A stretch of DNA of 64,000 bases from Nitrosopumilaceae archaeon (GTDB lineage: Archaea > Thermoproteota > Nitrososphaeria > Nitrososphaerales > Nitrosopumilaceae), in NCBI GenBank assembly GCA_965214835.1, contig CBDCCK010000002.1, positions 1,088,001-1,152,000 of the forward strand. Reading direction: 5' to 3'. The position numbers were made by a program, and so were the translations under genes. Positions 60,287-64,000 of this stretch are shown piece by piece (the first letter of the stretch is position 1; every line of letters begins with the position of its first letter). The notes under the pieces are model-generated. The model was not told the DNA's origin. It was given only the letters and a program-made list of their open reading frames with translations, and searched no databases.

Positions 60287-61615
60287 ATGGCAAGTATAGT
60301 ATTTACAATTCCCTCGGTTTTGAACCAGGGCGGCGGAGAGAGAAAAACCGATCTTCTTGCGGATTCGTTACAGGACGCCTTTACAAAGATCTCCGAGACA
60401 ATGGGCGATGACTTTAAGCGCAGGGTTCTGGAGGCAGACGGCAGGCCTCGCTCGCTGATTAACGTCTACGTTAACGGCAAAAACGCAAAGTTTTCCGGAG
60501 GCATGGACATCGAGCTAAAAGACGGCGATGAGGTCTACATTCTTCCTGCAGTGGCCGGCGGCTCACAGGAGCTCTCAAGCGAGGAGCTGGACAGGTTCTC
60601 ACGCCAGGTGATGCTTGAGGAAATCGGATACGAGGGACAGCTCAGGCTCAAAAGCTCCAAGGTGTGTGTTGTGGGGACAGGCGGACTTGGCAATCCCATT
60701 ATATCAAGACTGGCTGCCATGGGTGCCGGCACGCTGCGTATAGTAGACAGGGACGTCATCGAGCTATCAAACCTGCACAGGCAGACAATGTTTGATAGGG
60801 ACGATGTAGGCACAGTAAAGGTGGAGGCCGCCTCCAAAAAACTCAAGAAACTAAACCCCGAGTGCAAAGTCGAGCCATTGGCAGTATCTGTCAACGACTA
60901 TACCGCACCGGAGGTCATACAGGGATGCGACGTGGTAGTTGATGCCCTAGACAGCGTCAATGCCAGGTATGCGCTAAACAAGGCGTGCGTCAAGCTCGGA
61001 ATTCCCTTCGTTACGGGGGCCGCAGTAGGAGTCTCCGGCCAGGCATTTACCGTGCTGCCCAAAGAGAGTGCGTGCTATCACTGCATGTTCCCTGCGCTGG
61101 ACGAGGACTCTATGCCCACATGCAGCATAGAGGGCGTTCACCCTGCAATCCTGTCGATTGTAGGGGGAATCGAGGTTGCAGAGGCAGTAAAGGTAATCCT
61201 TGGCAAAAAACCAAGCCTTTCCCAAAGAATCCTGCATATCGACTTGGAGAGCATGGACTTTTCAAGTGTCAGGACATTCAGGGCAGAGGAGTGCTCCGTA
61301 TGCGGCTCTGGCAGGCCTCAAGACGCCCCAAAGGAGGAGCTGATCCTGGAGGAGCTGTGCGGACGCAACCGCGGAAGGCGTACGTTTTCCATTACTCCTA
61401 CAAGTACGTTTGACCTTGATGTTGCCAGCGTAACTGCCGCTGCCAAGTCCAGGGGACTTGCCGTTGACAACCGGGGCGAGCTGGGACTGTCCATGCGCAA
61501 TGACGACTATTCTGTGAGCTTTATGAAAAAGGGATCCGCGGTGGTGGTCGGGCCCAGGGACGAATCCGAGGCCATTGCCCTGTATAACGGCCTCCTTGGG
61601 AAAAAACTAAATTAA
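60287..61615 (+). CDS. Fused ubiquitin-like (MoaD/ThiS/SAMP) domain and ThiF/MoeB E1-like adenylyltransferase
   Basis: ILPAVAGG followed by RFSRQ, GTGGLG, SNLHRQ, CYHC, PTCS, CSVC. Confidence 0.92.
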   Translation: MASIVFTIPSVLNQGGGERKTDLLADSLQDAFTKISETMGDDFKRRVLEADGRPRSLINVYVNGKNAKFSGGMDIELKDGDEVYILPAVAGGSQELSSEELDRFSRQVMLEEIGYEGQLRLKSSKVCVVGTGGLGNPIISRLAAMGAGTLRIVDRDVIELSNLHRQTMFDRDDVGTVKVEAASKKLKKLNPECKVEPLAVSVNDYTAPEVIQGCDVVVDALDSVNARYALNKACVKLGIPFVTGAAVGVSGQAFTVLPKESACYHCMFPALDEDSMPTCSIEGVHPAILSIVGGIEVAEAVKVILGKKPSLSQRILHIDLESMDFSSVRTFRAEECSVCGSGRPQDAPKEELILEELCGRNRGRRTFSITPTSTFDLDVASVTAAAKSRGLAVDNRGELGLSMRNDDYSVSFMKKGSAVVVGPRDESEAIALYNGLLGKKLN

Positions 61616-61635
61616 CTCCGGCACATGATCAAACC

Positions 61636-62073
61636 ATGAAACTGATACTCGGCTCTCTGATACTTCTGCCACTGCTTGCGTTTTCCCCCGCATTTTCCCA
61701 GCATCAGACCGGCATGGATGACGGAATCTTCATCCTTGTCCAGTCCACGGTAAGAAACCCCGACGGCGTACTGGTCTCATATCTGGAGTCCAGCAAGTTT
61801 ACATCACTTAACATTCCCGAACTGCAGTCATTGCTGGACTTTGAGGCCTCGCGCGGCGCCGCACCAATAGTCTCAATTGACGGCCAGTCATACCAGGTGA
61901 TAAGGAGGGCCCAGGAGAAGACCTTTACTGATAACAATGTGATTGCCAGCACCAACCTGCATAACAACGTTGACGGCCAGCGCATACACATTGCGCGCTT
62001 TGCGCATGACGGGTATCCTGTCTCCCCCGGGGATACCTTGGAGTCTATCTGGACCTTTGTTCGCCCGGTGTAG
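61636..62073 (+). CDS. Secreted hypothetical protein
   Basis: Signal peptide ending SPAFS. Confidence 0.8.
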   Translation: MKLILGSLILLPLLAFSPAFSQHQTGMDDGIFILVQSTVRNPDGVLVSYLESSKFTSLNIPELQSLLDFEASRGAAPIVSIDGQSYQVIRRAQEKTFTDNNVIASTNLHNNVDGQRIHIARFAHDGYPVSPGDTLESIWTFVRPV

Positions 62074-63262
62074 GAACTCTAGATAGCAGCACCCCAACGC
62101 CTATCGCAAAAAACACGACTAGGGGAACGAATCTGTATGGCTGGTTTGTCTGCGTGCTAAACCCTGTTAACAAGGGGGCCACGAACAGCATGCCGGCAAT
62201 GATCACCATGATCGTGTTTGCGTGTCTTACCCCGTGCATCGAGGATATGAACAGTCCTACGACTAGTGGAATCAGGAACAGCAGCACGATGCCGTCCCAT
62301 CTTAACTGGTTGGCAAAGGAGGAGAACCCCATCCAAAACTCTGATGCGTCAAATACCTCGCCCTCTGTCCCTCCGGCAGGCAGTCCGGCCGACACCAGAA
62401 ATGCACCTGCAATCACTACCGCTGTAACAACACCGGCAATTATGACTTTGCTTGACCTTGCGATGTCTGCCTGCAGGTAATAGTAGACCGACATGGGCGC
62501 AAACATTGCAGTCAGCGCCTTGGCCGGAATTGAAAGCACGAATGCCGCCGGCGAGAGAAACCATTTTCGCTTGGCCAGATACAGGGATGCCACGTAAAGC
62601 AGCGCCCAAAAATTCGTGTATGTTGCCGACGTGTCGTATGACAAAAACACGTTGCTCTGGAGCAGGATGACGCTTGATACGACTCCGGCAAACCGCTTTT
62701 GTGTTAGCTGGACCGTGAACAAATATGTCAGTATTACCAGCAGTATCGATGCCATGAACGGAAGCACCGCATAGTTTCCAAAGGCCCTCATGGATGCCAC
62801 CGTCAGCGCGTATGTCACATGTGGCTCATACCCGTATGATACGGACTCTGGCGTCCATACATCTAGCGTTCTTTTCAGGTTTTCATAATCCTCCCATTTT
62901 TCCTCCTCTGAGAGCTCCCCTGCCGATGATATGATGTATGTGCCAAGAATGATTATCAGGACTGCAAGGGCGGCCTTTTTTGATATCTCAAAGCTAAAGA
63001 GCCTGGCAAAAAAACTCGTCATTCTTGGAATCCTTCCCTTAAAGTGTAAAAATGCCAAGCCGAGGACAACGATGTTGGTTATGATCAGCGGTACTGACCA
63101 AACCCCGATCTCAAACCTGTCCGGTCCTGCCTGGGGGATTTGCGGAACTATGCCCTCTGACAGTGTCAGTAATGCCGGAAATACTATTGGAATGGAGCTT
63201 GTGAGGGCTATTACAAGTGAGAACAAAAACCCCGCATACAGGACAACTTTTTTTTGATTCAT
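62045..63262 (-). CDS. Polytopic membrane protein (GT-C glycosyltransferase-like layout possible)
   Basis: About ten TM segments, acidic WED loop, RF.PL near the C-terminus. Confidence 0.75.
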   Translation of the reverse strand: MNQKKVVLYAGFLFSLVIALTSSIPIVFPALLTLSEGIVPQIPQAGPDRFEIGVWSVPLIITNIVVLGLAFLHFKGRIPRMTSFFARLFSFEISKKAALAVLIIILGTYIISSAGELSEEEKWEDYENLKRTLDVWTPESVSYGYEPHVTYALTVASMRAFGNYAVLPFMASILLVILTYLFTVQLTQKRFAGVVSSVILLQSNVFLSYDTSATYTNFWALLYVASLYLAKRKWFLSPAAFVLSIPAKALTAMFAPMSVYYYLQADIARSSKVIIAGVVTAVVIAGAFLVSAGLPAGGTEGEVFDASEFWMGFSSFANQLRWDGIVLLFLIPLVVGLFISSMHGVRHANTIMVIIAGMLFVAPLLTGFSTQTNQPYRFVPLVVFFAIGVGVLLSRVPTPGEQRSR

Positions 63263-63393
63263 AATTATCTGGCCTTTCCTTATCAGTCTAAATCCGTATT
63301 TTACTTATCTGTTTGAGCTGCCATCAGGCTCGTTTCCACCCCTTCCTGCACGTGTTGACAATAATTAAATGAGTAGCATGTAACTTCACTGGC

Positions 63394-64000
63394 ATGGACA
63401 GATCTACCTTAGACAGAGTAGACAAGTCTGGAATGTATAAAGCCTATGACGAGTGGCCCAAATCTGCCAGGGAGGCCTATGGGAGGGACTTGGGCACGGC
63501 TGACTTTGAGGGCGTGGAGCACATTGTATTTTCAGGCATGGGCGGCTCGGGAGCAATAGGGGATCTCTTTGAGTCAATCCTGTCAAAGACCAGCATTCAT
63601 GTAAACATAGTCAAGGGGTACGTGCTGCCCAACACCGTTTCAAAAAACTCCCTTGTCGTGTGCATCAGCGTATCTGGAAACACGATCGAGACCCTCTCGG
63701 TCCTCAAGCGCGCCCACAAGCTAAACTGCAAGCTGATAGCGTTCTCCTCTGGAAACAAAGTAGAGTCCTTTTGCACGAAAAACAGCATCATTCACAAAAA
63801 AATCCCCGTGACTCATTCCCCGAGGGCGTCATTCCCCTCCTACGTATACTCCATACTGAATGTCTTGGGATCCTGCCTTCCGGTTTCCCCGTCAGACGTG
63901 CTGGAGTCGATCTCCAAGCTGGAGGAGATCTCACTGAAGATATCCTCGTCAAATCTAGCCCGGGGCAACCCCTCGCTGGACCTGGCAAGATTCATCTCGG
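63394..64000 (+). CDS. SIS-domain phosphoglucose/phosphomannose isomerase (partial, runs off window)
   Basis: FSGMGGSGAIGD, SVSGNTIETL, SPRASF. Confidence 0.9.
   Translation, partial: MDRSTLDRVDKSGMYKAYDEWPKSAREAYGRDLGTADFEGVEHIVFSGMGGSGAIGDLFESILSKTSIHVNIVKGYVLPNTVSKNSLVVCISVSGNTIETLSVLKRAHKLNCKLIAFSSGNKVESFCTKNSIIHKKIPVTHSPRASFPSYVYSILNVLGSCLPVSPSDVLESISKLEEISLKISSSNLARGNPSLDLARFIS

Overview
A 64-kb stretch of an archaeal chromosome. Gene content (gatDE, cdc48, pelota, csl4, dph2, tiaS, archaeal SRP RNA, intron-containing initiator tRNA) points to an ammonia-oxidising thaumarchaeote (Nitrosopumilaceae-like; inference). Housekeeping blocks are dnaK-dnaJ, gatDE, cdc48/rpl2/SRP, guaA-mptE-folP-guaB, pheA-csl4, dph2-tiaS, HMG-CoA reductase, the his operon and thrC plus a Ubl-E1 fusion. 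They are interrupted by five mobile-DNA islands (about 1.9-3.7, 7.3-12.6, 21.7-29.0, 31.1-36.7 and 39.8-42.0 kb) holding ISH3, IS110, IS5, IS66, IS630 and IS6 elements and at least six MITE families, many with exact target-site duplications (TSDs). Highlights: (1) an IS110-family element whose upstream non-coding end folds into a compact two-loop bridge RNA; its four guides can be read directly against the element's own junctions, and the reconstructed target looks like the terminal repeat of an IS5 element; (2) a tRNA gene with a Phe (GAA) anticodon on a Ser-like body (long variable arm, G73) within decayed virus/plasmid-like DNA; (3) IS6-family cargo transposons carrying a restriction-modification pair, an AbrB-like regulator and operator, and a neighbouring PIN/Zn-ribbon operon; (4) repeated MITE knock-outs of toxin-antitoxin and transposase genes. 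All folds, alignments and family calls were made by eye and need computational confirmation.
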